Source: Eledone cirrhosa (Eukaryota). From it: a stretch of 64,000 nucleotides of DNA. The position numbers were made by a program, and so were the translations under genes. Numbering within the stretch: position 1 is the stretch's first letter; the number at the start of each line of letters is the position of its first letter. Where the stretch lies: the NCBI GenBank assembly GCA_964016885.1, contig OZ024742.1, positions 286,688,001-286,752,000 on the forward strand, in the 5' to 3' direction. Of this stretch, positions 1 to 14,943 are shown in pieces. The notes under the pieces are model-generated. The model worked only from the letters and a program-made list of their open reading frames with translations. It did not search any database and was not told the origin of the DNA.

Positions 1-291
1 TATCAAATAATTCTCTGGACACTCTATAGTATTTCGCTCTGATTAATTTATTAATTCTCCATTGAGCCACATCGTGAAAAGTTGCAAAAACACATATATA
101 CCTGTGACTTTGTTTAATTGGTGTATGTGTAAATATTTATATATATACAATATGTTGAAAAGGTAACACACTAGAGAGGGATACAGTGCGCCATCAATAA
201 AACAGGGAAAAAACCACTAGTGTATGGAATCTATAACCTATGAAAGGCAGAATATAGACACGATAATTAAATAAATACCTCTATAACTATA

Positions 292-377
292 TAACACACG
301 TACAAATCCAAAGTGATCTGTTTCGCCAGTAAGTTGTTGACGGAAATGAAATAACCCAGGTTCATCAGCGTGTGTTA
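292..377 (-). ncRNA. Type I hammerhead ribozyme
   Basis: Minus strand: TAACACACG-CTGATGA-long irregular stem II-GAAAC AGATC ACTTTG GATTT GTA-CGTGTGTTA. It has a 9-bp perfect stem I, a paired stem III and a GUA cleavage triplet. Confidence 0.8.
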
Positions 378-567
378 GGCTATACATTTCAGACAACACT
401 AAGAGAATTTTTAAAGCGGCCGTCCAACTACACGTGGGAGAGAGAAGTCACAGCGTGTTTAAGGGCAGTGAACCAGTGGCCTATGAGGGACGAGCTGCTA
501 GAAAGGGCAGCCTAAAGCCACTCAGAGAAGTGTGCTCAACCAAACAGAGAAAGAGGAGAAAGACTGT

Positions 568-775
568 TATATTTTAGAGTCCAGGCAAAGGGTAGCATCA
601 AGGAAGTTAACATTTTTAGTGTTTTTATCTAAGGTGATACTTAAGTTGAAGTTTTTGAAAATCTTATGTAATTTTATGTAATTTTCAAAAACTTAAACTT
701 AAGCATCACCTTAGATAAAAACACTAAAAACGTTAACTTCCTTGATGCTACTCTTTGCCTGGAGTCTAAAATATA
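568..775. repeat. Fold-back inverted repeat (~95-bp arms) at the 5' truncation of a PLE
   Basis: 568-662 is the near reverse complement of ~681-775. The right arm is RT coding sequence (KNVNFLDATLCLESKIY). Confidence 0.9.
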
Positions 776-2005
776 TACACCCTTTCATAAACCAAACGAA
801 ACACTAATTTATGTGGATACCAACTCTAACCGCCCTAAATCCATATTAAACTCTATTACTAAAGGAATATCTAATAGAATCTCTAATTTATCATTTAACA
901 AAACCATATTTAACAATAATTCCCAATACTATAATGAGGCCTTAGCTAAATCAGGCCATAAAAATGAGATTGAATTTCTACCTATAAAATCACCTAGTTA
1001 CAACATTATTTCTCATAATATGGCCATGAGGAAAAATAATAAAAGTACTAGCCACATTAACTCTAATACGAAGAGTAATAAACTTAACTCGCACCAAAAT
1101 AAACACCACAATAATAATATAAACAGAAATGCAAATACCTCAAAAAACATTACAAAAAACAAAAATAGAAGAACTAATACATTCTTCAATCCCCCTTTCA
1201 ATCTAAACGTCTCTACCAACTTGCCTAAGGCATTCTTCTCAATCCTAGAAAAAAACTTCCCAACCGGCCACAAATACCATAATCTTATCAATAAAAATAC
1301 CATTAAAATCTCTTACTCTACCACACCTAACATCGCATACCATATAGCTAGTAGTAATAAAAGGAAGATTAATAATTATTTCCAACTAATTAAAACACAA
1401 CAGGGGTAAACTTACAGAACAACATATTACCTGTAAATCCTAGTAGCAATAATAATAATGGTAATAGCACTAATGAAATCAATAACAATAGGAACGACAA
1501 CCATCATTACCCTAATGCTATCTCTAGCAACCAGACTTCTATACAACATAGTAACCGGCAAGCAAACAACCAGAATAACTGTAACTGTAGAACAAATAGA
1601 ACTTGCCCCTTAGGTAAAAATTGCTTAATCAAAGACATCATTTACTCATGCACGGTCAACACAAACAACTCTTCTAAAACATATATTGGCTCAACTTCGA
1701 ACTGCTTCAAGACGAGATACAACTCGCACCTCCACTCTTTCAAAAATCAAAATCTAGCCAACTCCACTTCTTTATCTAGCTACATACACTCTCTGAAAAC
1801 TAGGAATAGACCATATACACTTCAATGGGAAGTAGTAGGTAGGGCCGCATCGTATAAACCACCGAATAAATTGTGTAACCTCTGTCTTCTAGAGACCCGT
1901 TCTATAATCTTTTCGAAACCAGACCTTCTAAATAGAAAATCAGAGGTGTTTTCCTCATGCCAGCACCACTACCGACACTCGTTCGATAACTTTAAACCTA
2001 GCTGA
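684..2005 (+). pseudogene. PLE RT thumb + GIY-YIG endonuclease, frameshifted near 1390
   Basis: First frame: VNFLDATL..PFHKPN..SNRPKSI..FFNPPF..IKISYS. Second frame 1394-2005 (absent from ORF track): CNCRTNRTCPLGKNC..IIY..YIGST..FKTRYNSH..CNLCLLE..LLNRKSEVFSSCQH. Confidence 0.9.
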
Positions 2006-2219
2006 TAGTATATAACAATGTCAGATTTGAATTCCTCACCACCATTAACACTTCACCTCTAGGACTTATCAGCCCCCACAGCATCACACTCTTTGATCAG
2101 CTCTTTCCTATACATAACTCCTATTTATCTCAAACCTTATACTCTACAATAACTATTAGAAATAAACATAAAGTTACCACCTTTTAATATAACTACTATA
2201 GCTTACTTATATTATATAC

Positions 2220-2560
2220 AGTAATGGATATATAATATGTAGAGACATTTAATGTAATATGTGATAATAAATTGTATATACATATATAATTAAATATATA
2301 AATTAATAGCATTGTATATAAGGGATTAACTTTTAACATAATATAATGTATATTAATAACACAAGAGATTTAACTAATTGGACCTGCAAACAGCTATACA
2401 TTTTTCCATAACTTATATCTTGTCCAGTAATGGATAGATAACAATGTAATGAGACCTTTAATGTATTATAGGAAAATAGACTGTATTTAAAATTAAATAT
2501 AAATAAATAACATTATATAGAAGGGATTCACTTGTAACACAATATAATGTATATTAGAGC
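2220..2560 (+). repeat. Diverged ~205-bp tandem duplication in PLE 3' UTR
   Basis: CAGTAATGGATA...AAGGGATT...AATATAATGTATATTA occurs from ~2220 and again from ~2425. Confidence 0.7.
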
Positions 2561-3309
2561 AAATAATTTAAATAATTGATACTTTCCTATATAATTTAAT
2601 TTAATTTAATTAGCTAGTTACCACCCCTTACGCATTAGTTCCCCTTAATTTTGGATCTCATACTAATTTCCGGAAATTAAACCGTCAGAAAAACTCGCTG
2701 TAGAACAACTCTAATCCTTGGATAAGAATACAATAAGACCAATTTACAATCCATTGCTGTAACTAACTAAAAACATTCAATATAAACATTAACTAAAATA
2801 TAATTTAACATATGTAATGGAAAAGATAACAATAACTTTGATACTCTCAACACATACAATTTGAACACTACAGAAACAATCATCACATTACATCCACCAT
2901 AAATTTTTAATACACTAACACTTTTGCTTGATATGCTTGTATACCTGTGTTATTTTATGTGATACCTTTGCCATACAGTATTTATTTATGCCTAATACCC
3001 TTGCTTGTTTCCTTCATATATATGACTAACGTATGTGCACTCTCTACATGCTTGCATATGTACTGCTAGTGTCCTCATTCTTCCTCAATGCTTCTTTAAT
3101 TATTAGACTATTCTCTTGTATTATCTGTCGCATGTATTCCACTCTGTGCTTTTAATTTTAATTTTAATTATTGTATAATTCTCGTATAATATATGTCGCA
3201 TCCATTCCACCCTGTAAATACGAAACTGTTGTTCACAACATCAATATATATGTATCTATATGATTGTTCAGTTGAATAGGAGGTTAATTATATGTACAAA
3301 CATTGCTAA

Positions 3310-3356
3310 TGCTCCGATGACTCTAAACGAAAGTTTGGAAGAAACGATTGTCAGCA
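3310..3356 (+). ncRNA. Type I hammerhead ribozyme (U4C core variant)
   Basis: TGCT-CCGATGA-C TCTAAAC GAAA GTTTGGA A-GAAAC GATT GTC-AGCA, at the PLE 3' end where an HHR is expected. Confidence 0.7.
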
Positions 3357-3892
3357 ATAAAATGATTTGAACATAACTTTGATAATTTTGTCATTTATAT
3401 TTATGCTCTGTAAAACTGATGTTCTTACATTGAGCTATTTCTCTTACTGGTAATAAGATAGTAATAAATTACTGACCTTTCCTGTTTATAGTTGTTTATA
3501 GTATATACATAACTATAAATAGTATCATTATTATTATATATATAGTTATATTTATAGTTGATCATGCTGACAGTATTTCCCAAAAAAGGAAACACGGACC
3601 ATATAATTTTTACTTTTTCTCTTTATTACTAGTTGTTGTTTAGTTCGTCAAAGTTCTTTTGTTTTTGTCGCACATTCTATGACCTCTTCAATGACCATTT
3701 TATATCTTCTGTACCTCGTCCTCTTTCTCGTTTTAATATGTTACACCATCTTAAGTAGAGAGAGAAAGATAGAGAATCGGATGTGATGAAACTTAAGGAT
3801 TAACTTGTAATCAAATTGATCCAGCATATTCTCCCTACTAATACAACTTCTCTGTTTATTAAACAAGCTATGCCTTACATTTCAACACACAC

Positions 3893-5405
<1,513 letters not shown>

Positions 5406-5495
5406 TGATTTTTTTTCCTTTTGGTCTACCATTCAGAAAGCAAAATGAGGTGCCGTTTGCCCGTGACTGTTTTAGACACGTATTCTAATTTATAT

Positions 5496-5549
<54 letters not shown>

Positions 5550-5552
<3 letters not shown>

Positions 5553-5737
5553 CCAGTAAGACCCCGACGGCTGAGCTCAAGCCGTTTCGACGGCTACTTC
5601 AGTCCTGAATTAGCCGTCGAAACGGCTTGAGCTCAGCCGTCGGGGTCTTGCTGGTTCCTATTACCCACTCTACTACCCTAAGTATTGAGTACTTTGGTGC
5701 GTTATGGTCCACCTGGTTCCTTACCACATTTCCTTCG

Positions 5738-5738
<1 letters not shown>
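5550..5738 (+). mobile_element. Ultra-short PLE terminus: ~110-bp hairpin of an HHR 3' half plus ~80-bp tail, inserted in (TA)n
   Basis: GAACCAGTAAGACCCCGACGG...CCGTCGGGGTCTTGCTGGTTC palindrome containing GAAAC GGCTTGAGCTCAGCC GTC GGGGT. Same family as the 7692-7787 HHR and 35045-35220. Confidence 0.75.
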
Positions 5739-5805
<67 letters not shown>

Positions 5806-6029
5806 GTATATATATATATATATAAGTATGTATACGTACATACATATATGTATACAGACGTACAGTAGTATGTATATATATATACATACATGCACACATA
5901 TATATATGTACGTATGGATTCACCGAACATTTATTATAATGCTCGGTGTGTTTGTAAACAAACATCCCGAATTAAGCCGTACAGTGTCTAGCAACCATCG
6001 TTGCTCATTTGTTTAACACTGACAAAGGA

Positions 6030-6072
6030 ACGCTGTACTAGTTTCAAGCTTATTAGCTATCGTCAGCAACGT
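6030..6072 (-). ncRNA. Minimal type I hammerhead ribozyme
   Basis: Minus strand: ACGTTG-CTGACGA-T AGCT AATA AGCT T-GAAAC TA GTA-CAGCGT. Helix III region is the palindrome ACTAGT. Confidence 0.8.
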
Positions 6073-6264
6073 ATACCTTCCTGCCAGATGGTTGAACGTC
6101 TGAAAGTATATACTTTCCTTATGCATATTAACGGCTGAGCAGCCTAATTTGCATATCGAGTGAGTTAATCGGCCGGGGTACCGAAAACGATAAACGGAAA
6201 AAATGAAACGAAAATGAAACGAAATTTCACCGAGCATTATAATAAATGTTCGGTGAATCCATGC

Positions 6265-6307
<43 letters not shown>

Positions 6308-6369
6308 CATGTATGTATATATACATACTACTGTACGTCTGTATACATATATGTATGTACGTATACATA

Positions 6370-6410
<41 letters not shown>

Positions 6411-6491
6411 ATATATATTAGAATACGTGTCTAAAACAGTCACGGGCAAACCGCACCTCATTTTGCTTTCTGAATGGTAGACCAAAAGAAA

Positions 6492-7797
6492 AAAGAAATC
6501 TGGGACCTCAAAGATAATAATATAACCTACAATCTCATTTGGAGCTTACTGTCCAGAGCTAACTCTTAAATGGGAGGACGCCGTCCGTGTAACTTATGCT
6601 CGGAGGAAACATTACAAATGCTGTTTTCGAAGGACCAACTCCTAAACAAGAAAGACGAACTCGTAACTGCATGCAAACACAGATTGCGTAGGACTTACCT
6701 CGCCCTCAAACCCCATAATGACCGGGGGGGGGGTTAGACAACGGCTGAAACACCCCACTTGCCGATTTTGTAAGGGGTAACCCCTGCTTACAAAGGTAGA
6801 CGTAACTTTTTTTTATCTTTTCCTCTATATTTCCTTCTTCCCCCCCATCTCTTCCTAGTCCTTCCACCCCAGATCTCCTTCCTTGTCTTTTTTCACCTTT
6901 TCGCCTACCCCGATGCAGCCCATCGGTCCTCTGTAGCCTTAGTACCCCCACCCCCCGTAATTTTATGATAGATTTGACCGATTACGCTTTTTATAGCAGA
7001 TGTGTTAGACCCCAGTAAATTGTTTTCTTTCTGGTTGCTGCTCCATTTCTGTGGTTTCTAAATTTCTTAGTGGTATTTTTGTATTAGTATTCTTGTATTA
7101 GTATTTCTGTATTAGTATTCTGAATTAATATTTCGTATTAGTATTTTCGTAGTAGTATTTTAGTATTTTTGTTCTCAACTTATTAACCTGTCATTGTAAG
7201 ATAGCATTGGCTCATTACTAACTAACTATAGCAGAGGTGTTAGACCCCGTGTAAAGCAGGCTTTATAAAATTATTTCACTACAATCTCGTATTTAGTATT
7301 TTTCTCCACCTATTAAACTTCTCTATAGCTTAGCAATACCAATGAGAGATTTGGTGATTGTGGGGATGGAGCAGTAACCAGAAATTGTTTTTTATATATT
7401 TATTTCCTTATTTTTATAATGGTTTTTTGTTTACTCCCTTTCGATTTACCTATTCTTTCACCCCCCCCCCCTTCTCCAGTACACTTGTTTCGACCTTCTA
7501 TACACTATCCTTAGAATCTGGTGTATAGATTTCACTTTCAACGCCTGACTGGCTTTCTCCCACTCCCTCTTTGTTCTACCGGCAAGTTCAGCTACCCCTA
7601 CCTCCCACCAAATGCCATGATAGAATCATGTCTTTACAACAAATTTTTGACCAATCCTTTTGACAATTACTATCTTCCCATATAAGGAATTACCCCCTGA
7701 GAAGTTCGGCTATTTATTTACCAGGCTAAAAATTCTTATTTAGTCCAGAATTAGCCGTCGAAACGGCTTGAGCTCTGCCGTCGGGGTCATACTTGTT

Positions 7798-7800
<3 letters not shown>
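6492..7800 (+). mobile_element. PLE (Naiad-like) 3' fragment: GIY-YIG C-terminus, ~1 kb UTR, HHR, then (AT)n
   Basis: 6495-6737 translates [51 protein letters not shown], homologous to the C-terminus encoded at ~1780-1975. Confidence 0.85.
7692..7787 (+). ncRNA. Type I hammerhead ribozyme with long stem II (core deviant)
   Basis: ACCCC-CTGAGAA-G TT CGGCTA..TAGCCG TC-GAAAC GGC..GCC GTC-GGGGT. The core differs from CTGANGA. Confidence 0.65.
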
Positions 7801-7867
<67 letters not shown>

Positions 7868-8178
7868 AGCGTGTTTGCATGTGTGTGAATATGTGTGCAT
7901 GTGTGTGTATATGTGTGTATGTGCGTGTGAGCATGTGTGGATGTGTGTGTGGATGTGTCACCATTCATAGTCTTAGCCCAGATAATGATATGTACCCGAA
8001 AGAATTCCCACGTGATGTCTCAGACATGCGTTCTCATTATTAGAATGAACGGTTTATACTCGGTACATAGTTCGTCTACACCAGTTCTCCTCTGTGTTAC
8101 CCCCCCCCCCCCCCAGATGTAGAACACCAGACACAACAGACACACCCAAGGAAACATTGCTTATCTTAGAATTTGTTG

Positions 8179-8247
<69 letters not shown>

Positions 8248-8486
8248 CTCTGTGTGTTTGTGTGTTTGTGTGTGTGTGTGTGTCTGTGTGTGTGTGTGTG
8301 TTTGTTTGTGTGTGTGTGTGTGTTTGTGTGTGTGTTTGTGACTGTGTCTCTGTGTGTCCGTGTGTGTGCGCGTGCGTCTGTCTTTGGGTGTCCGTGTGTG
8401 TGTGTGCGTGTGTGTGCGCGTCTGTGTCTGTCTCTGCGCGCGTGTGTGTATGCGTGTATTTGTGTGTGTGTGTGTGTGTGTGTGCT

Positions 8487-8564
<78 letters not shown>

Positions 8565-9075
8565 TGTGCTTGTGTGTGTGCGTGTGTGTGTGTTACTTTT
8601 TCTTGAAACATTTAACTGAAAAATTTAAAGCAACAGCATATAATGTTTAGAGATGATGACGGTGACGTTTGTGATGGTGTTGATGGTGTTGTTGTTGTTG
8701 GTGGTGGTGGAGGTGGTGGTACGGTGGGGCTTTGGCAGTGTGGTAGCGGTGGTGATGATGACAACGTTGATGGTGATCTTGATCAAGGGATGACAGCAAT
8801 GAAGGTGATGATGATGATGATGATGATAATGATGATAATGATAATGATGATGACGTCGATGGTGATGATGATGATTATAATTGTGATTATGATTATGAAT
8901 ATCAGCAGGGGAGAGGAGCACAATAACTACGGCAATGTCGATGATGATGATGGTCATAATGATTATGATGATGATGACGATTATTAGGAGGAGGATAGTA
9001 ACGACGACAATAATGATGTTTATAACGATGATGATGTTGGCGATAACGATGGTGATGACGTTGATAATGATGATA
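8179..9075. repeat. (TA)n/(GT)n and (GAT/GGT)n microsatellites
   Basis: Direct reading. Confidence 0.95.
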
Positions 9076-9267
9076 TGTAAAAGTGAGGCGTTTACTATGT
9101 ATTCTATTTTTTTTGTGTATGCGGAGTCGCCTAAACCTGAAGTGCCGCGGGACCCCCAATGTCTAAATGCAACCCAGATTTTGGTACCAACAAGGAAAAA
9201 ACCGACTCAGTTTCTGTTTCTATGAAATAAAGACATCCATTTTAAATGATTCCTATTTAAATTAGAT

Positions 9268-9690
9268 AGGCGGCGAATTGGCAGAGTTAAAACGTCAGAG
9301 AGAATGCTTTGTGGCATTTGTTTAAGCTCTCTACTCTCGAATTCAAAACCCGCCGAGGTCAACTTTGCCTTTCATCTATTCAAGGTCGATAAAAAAAAAA
9401 CCAGTCCAGTACCGGGGTAGATTCTTCCTCTATCTCTTTCTCATTTCTTCTCTGTTATTTTCAATCCTTTCCTGCAAGAAATCTACTGTATTCTGGCCTG
9501 GAGAGGAGATTGATTCCACCCAGGTTTTAAACCAAAATATGCCCTAGAAACGCTGTATGTCAATACAGCGTCCCTATAACTCTCTCGGGAGTTACTGGAG
9601 AAAAGATGGGTTCCACCCGTTTTTTTTTATGCCCTGGAAATGCTGTATGTCAATACGGCGCCCCTACGACTCCTCCGGGAGTTACGAGTC
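9268..9690 (+). mobile_element. tRNA-derived SINE (head, conserved body, tail)
   Basis: Box A-like TTGGCAGAGTT, box B-like GAATTCAAAACCC, then GCCGAGGTCAACTTTGCCTTTCATC..GGTCGATAAAA, which recurs more than 12 times in the window. Confidence 0.8.
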
Positions 9691-9969
9691 CATACATAGA
9701 TTTCATTGGAAATGGAGTCATAAAAGGGGTTAAGAAGCCGAGTAAGCTCAATATTATCCCTGATCATATTTCAATGACGTTTTCTATCCTAAACTGAAAT
9801 ATTACTTGTTATAAAACATGGGAAATGTAACTTTACTGAATACGTTTCACAAGGTCACTTGTATGAATGGAGACTTCCTTAAAGAAACCTATACAATACA
9901 CGTAACTGAATTAGGCTGGCTTTTGTACATAATCATCTCCCCGCCCGGACACGAAGAACATTGGAAAGC

Positions 9970-12232
9970 TACACCACCACCACCATCGAGTCCAACAGCA
10001 CCAGCAGTACCAGCAGCAGCACCACCACCACAACCACCACCGTCATCTCCAGCAGCACCACCACGACGACGACCACCACCACCACCACCAACATCACCAC
10101 CTCCACCACCAGCAGCACGAGCAGCGGCACCACCACCAGCATCACCTCCAGCAGCACCAGCATCACCAGCATCACGACCACCACCACCACCACCACCAGC
10201 ACCACCGTCACCACCTCCACCACCAGCAACACGTGCAGCACAACCACCATCAAACCACCACCACCTCCATCGCCTCTACCATCACCAACAGCAGCAACAC
10301 CACCGTCACCACCATCAGCACCAGCATCACAAGCACCACGACGACTACCACCACCAACATCACCTCCAGCACTACCATCACACCTCCACCTCCAGCACCA
10401 CCAGCAGCACAACCACCACCATCTCCATCACCTCTACCACCACCAACAACAACACCACCACCTCCACCTCTACGACCACTACCATCACCACCACCTCCAC
10501 TTCTACAACCGCCACCACCACCTCTACAACCACTACCATCACCACCACTTCCATCTCTACAACCGCCATCACCACCTCTACAACCACTACCATCACCTCC
10601 ACCAACATCTTCACCTCTATAACCACTACCATCACCACCACCACCACCACCTCTATAACCACTACCATCACCACCTCCACCTTTACAACCACTACCATCA
10701 CCACCATCACCACCTCCACCTCTACAACCACTACCATCACCTCCACCACCACCTCCACCTCTACAACCACTACCATCACCTCCACCACCACCTCCACCTC
10801 TACACCCACTACCATCACCTCCACCACCTCCACCTCCACCACTACCTTCACCTCTATAACCACTACCATCCCCACCACCACCACCTCCACCTCCACCACT
10901 ACCTTCACCTCTATAACCACTACCATCCCCACCACCACCACCTCCACCTCCACCACTACCTTCACCTCTATAACCACTACCATCACCACCACCACCACCT
11001 CCACCTCTACAACCACTACCATCACCACCACCACCACCTCCACCTCTACAACCACTACCATCACCACCATCACCACCTCCACCTCTACAACCGCCACCAC
11101 CACCTCTACAACCACTACCACCACCTCCACCTCTATAACCACTACCATCACCTCCACCACCACTCCACCTCTACAACCCCCTACCACCACCTCCACCTCT
11201 ACAACCACTACCATCACCACCACCACCTCCACCTCTACAACCGCTACCACCACCTCTATAACCACTATCATCACCTCCACCACCACCTCCACCTCTACAA
11301 CCACTACCATCAACTCCACCACCACCTCCACCTCTACAACCGCCACCACCACCTCTATAACCACTACCATCACCTCCACCACCACCACCTCCACCTCTAC
11401 AACCACTACCACCACCACCACCACCACCTCTATAACCACTACCATCACCACCACCACCACCACCTCCACCTCTACAACCACTATCATCACCACCATCACC
11501 ACCTCCACCTCTACAACCACTACCATCACCACCACCACCACCTCCACCTCTACAACCGCCACCACCACCTCTATAACCACTACCATCACCTCCACCACCA
11601 CCTCCACCTCTACAACCACTACCATCACCACCACCACCACCTCCACCTCTACAACCGCCACCACCACCTCTATAACCACTACCATCACCTCCACCACCAC
11701 CTCCACCTCGACAACCACTACCATCGCCACCACCTCCACCTCTACAACCACTACCATCACCACCACCTCCACCTCTACAACCGCCACCACCACCTCTATA
11801 ACCACTACCATCACCTCCACCATCACCTTCACCTCTACAACCTCCACCATCAACTCCACCACCACCTCCATCTCTACAACCCCCACCACCAATTCCACCT
11901 CTACAACCACTACTACCTCCACCACCACCACAAACACCACCTCCTTCACCAACAGCAGCACCACCACCTCCCTCTCAACAACCTCCACCACCAACTCCAC
12001 CACCACCACCTCCACCATCACCACCACCACCACCACCTCCACCTCCACCATCACCTCCACCACCATCACGTCCTCCACCATCACCTCCATCACCACCACC
12101 ACCACCACCTCCTCCACCATCACCTCCACCACCACCACCACCACCAACATCACCACCACCACCTCCACCTCCACCATCACCTCCATCACCATCACCACCA
12201 CCACCACCACCATCACCGCCATCATCACCAAC
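9970..12232. repeat. (ACC)n-derived low-complexity array
   Basis: Degenerate CAC/ACC/TCC triplets with long open frames on both strands, typical of a trinucleotide satellite. Confidence 0.9.
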
Positions 12233-13247
12233 ATTCGAGACAACGGTGCATTGATTGCCGTTTTTTTCTTTTTTATCCAATGAAGTTTATTTATATTGGT
12301 AATCGAAAAGACGTGGACCCTTGACCCCTGATAGGCGTAAGGGCGCCGTCCTATACGCAGCCTGTCTGAGGCATTTTAAAAACTGGCGGAGCATATCCAC
12401 CTCCATGCTGATTTCTTCCAGAGAAGAAGAGAAAGAGAGGGTGCGAGAGAGAGCGAGGGAGAGAGAAAGAGAGGGAGAGAGAGAGAGAGTGGATAAAATT
12501 TGTTGGCCCTCTTGCCTAAATCAGAAACCATTATTTTTTTACTAAGTACAAAGTCCCCAGGACTACATTACTCCGTGTTCCCATTTATTCGGTAGCGTGT
12601 ATGAGTGGTTCGCGAGGAATTTCGCTGCTATTTCTAGCAACCATGTTGAGGTTCCCTCGCTGGTTTCGTCGTGTGTGAGCAACTATTTAGGTGCAGATCG
12701 TGTAGTCTGTAACGTAAGATAGATATACAATACGACAATTTCATAGAGTTTACAATTTCTTCAATAGTTTTATTACGAATTAAAAGAAAGCGATATGGAA
12801 ATACAAGTCACCAAACCACATTTTAACATTTAGCCATTGACCGTAAGGAAACATTGCTATTACATAAGATAAAGGGAAATGGACCTCAGGTGATTTCTAC
12901 GATGAGTGTTCCTGTTGTTCGCTTAACGAAATGTCCACCTATTTAAATATCCCTGTCTTTTTATTATTTTTTGTAGAGGGCGGTACATTTGCAGCACAGA
13001 GTTTCGGCCCTTTAAATCCTGAGTTCAAATCCCGCCGAGGTCACATACTGAATCTCCCCGAGAAATACGTTAAGGTAAGGAGACACATATCTGTGAAATG
13101 CTCAGCCACTTAAATATTAATTTCATGAACAGTATGTTCTGTTGATCAAATAGAAACAGTTATCATTCATCGAAACTAACGGATTACCATTGCCTCGTAT
13201 ATACATATATATATATATACACACATATATATATATATATATATATA

Positions 13248-13321
13248 CAGGGTGTCCCAAAAGAATGTATCACACTTCAACACCATAGTCAATGTGTGTA
13301 TACATTTTGGCGAACAACCTG
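13248..13321. mobile_element. Tiny Tc1/mariner-type MITE
   Basis: TA-CAGGGTGTCCCAAAA...TTTTGGCGAACAACCTG-TA. Confidence 0.65.
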
Positions 13322-13342
13322 TATATAAAAAATCAGCACGAT

Positions 13343-13389
13343 TTTCCTGGTGATTTCTAACGAATGAAACAGTTCTAGCCTTGTAAAAG
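13343..13389 (+). ncRNA. Degenerate HHR copy (family of 21202-21252)
   Basis: TTTC-CTGGTGA-TTTCTAACGAAT-GAAACAG TTCTAGCC TTGTA-AAAG. The A6G core change probably inactivates it. Confidence 0.6.
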
Positions 13390-13624
13390 TCATTTCTGTA
13401 ATAAAATAAATATGCTTATACTCTATTACTGTATCGAATACCGTTTTTAACCCTTGGTCACATCCCGATAAATCTGCTCTGTTCAGGCTTGGAGAAATTG
13501 GCTCCGCCAGGTTTAAGATATCCTAAAAGCGCCGTGTACTACAACTGCATCCGTGCGACTCCATCAGGTGTTACGAGACTATGCATGCTTGCTTTGCATG
13601 TATCCATAACGTCTTCTAGTACTA

Positions 13625-14460
13625 ATATTTTATCGACTTCACCCCAGAAGAATAAAAGATAAAGTTAACCTCGGCAGGATTTGAACCGCACCAAATACCA
13701 CAAAGCATTTTGTACAACGCTCTAGCGATTCTGCCAGTTCATCACCATAATAATGATTTTATATAGGCACAAGGCCAGTAATTTTTTTAAGGGAGGGGGA
13801 AAGTCGATTAAATCGCCCCCAGCGCTTTACTGGTGCTTTATTTTATCGACCCCGTAAGGATGAAAGGCAAAGTTAACCTCAGTGGGATTTGAACTCAGAC
13901 CGTAAAGGGGCGTAAATCTATGCTGCACAGCATGGAGTGCAACCCTTTACCGATACTGCCAATCCACCACCCTTGAAAAGGTTTCTGATTCAGGCACAAG
14001 GCCAGCAATTTGGTGGGGGGGGGGTCGATTAAATCGACTCCAGTATGTTACTGGTGCTTTATTTTATCGACCCCGTAAGGATGAAAGGCAAAGCTAATCA
14101 TAGAGGGATTAGGGTTCAGAACGTAAAGGGCCATAACTCTATGTCGGGAAGTAAGGTGTCCGACGCTCTACAAATTCTACTGTCAATCCACCGCTGCCCA
14201 CCACCACCACCACCACCACCACCACCATAACAGTAATGTTAATAACCACGTCTAATGTAGGCACAAGGCTAGCAATGGGGATGGACAGTCGATGATATCA
14301 ATGGCAGTACTTCAATAGTACTTTATGTTATCGGCCCCGGAAAGATGACAATCATAGATTGGCCTTGGCAGGATTTGAAATCAGAGTATAAAACAAGAGA
14401 AATAAAAACATGTAAGAAATATTGCCGTTACTTTAATGATTCTATCAAGCAGCCGACATT
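13625..14460 (-). mobile_element. Tandem cluster of ~4 SINE copies
   Basis: Repeated TTTTATCGACCCCGTAAGGATGAAAGGCAAAG..GGATTTGAAC motif (reverse of the SINE head). Confidence 0.85.
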
Positions 14461-14619
14461 TGTATATTTAGCTGGGCTGGTGAGACATGGAGTGGAAAGT
14501 TGTGTGGAAAGTTCCATGCTTTAGTTAAATATCTTGCTTCCGTTCCGTTCCTTTTCTCCCCTTTCCCAATCATACTCTTCTTCATTTCCTTCTCTCCCTA
14601 CACCTTGTCTGCTGGTCCT

Positions 14620-14624
14620 ACTGC

Positions 14625-14656
<32 letters not shown>

Positions 14657-14699
14657 TTGCTGCTGATGTTGCTGTTGTTGTTGTTGCTGCTGCTGCTGT

Positions 14700-14734
<35 letters not shown>

Positions 14735-14862
14735 CTGATGTTGCTGCTGCTGTTGCTGCTCTGCTGCTCTTACTGTATTGCCCTTGCTGTTGTTGTTGTT
14801 ACAGCTACTGTTGTTGCTGCTGCTGTTGCCCTGTCTGCTGCTGCTGCTGCTCTTGCTGCTGT
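14620..14862. repeat. (GCT/GTT)n microsatellite
   Basis: Direct reading. Confidence 0.9.
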
Positions 14863-14943
14863 GGCTTCATTTCATGTGATGCCTGCCGAAAGAAATCAAT
14901 ACCGTAGACCCTAATCGGTTTATCACATGATTTCAAGAAAATA

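Larger units (their letters stand above)
684..3530 (+). mobile_element. 5'-truncated Penelope-like retroelement (Naiad-like) with long AT-rich 3' UTR ending in an HHR
   Basis: RT C-terminus and GIY-YIG endonuclease, ~1.3 kb UTR, HHR at 3310-3356. The 3' boundary is approximate. Confidence 0.85.
5406..6500. repeat. Nested inverted repeat: arms ~5406-5948 (interrupted) and ~6228-6500
   Basis: 5406-5510 is the reverse complement of ~6405-6500, and ~5795-5948 of ~6228-6375. The left arm is interrupted by the 5550-5738 insertion. Confidence 0.85.

Noticed and set aside
1394-2005. Selenocysteine-recoding Naiad
   Set aside because: Conserved Cys codons are TGT/TGC with no in-frame TGA. The internal stop in the second PLE fragment (~6567) is TAA.
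9268-9360. tRNA gene
   Set aside because: Box A/B-like motifs only, no cloverleaf; it is a SINE head.
9818-12324. 821-aa Pro/Thr-rich mucin-like and 787-aa His-rich ORFs
   Set aside because: Degenerate (ACC)n array open in several frames on both strands, with no domain or splice evidence.
14500-14914. Signal peptide plus Ala/Cys-rich small protein
   Set aside because: Explained by (GCT/GTT)n next to a pyrimidine-rich tract.
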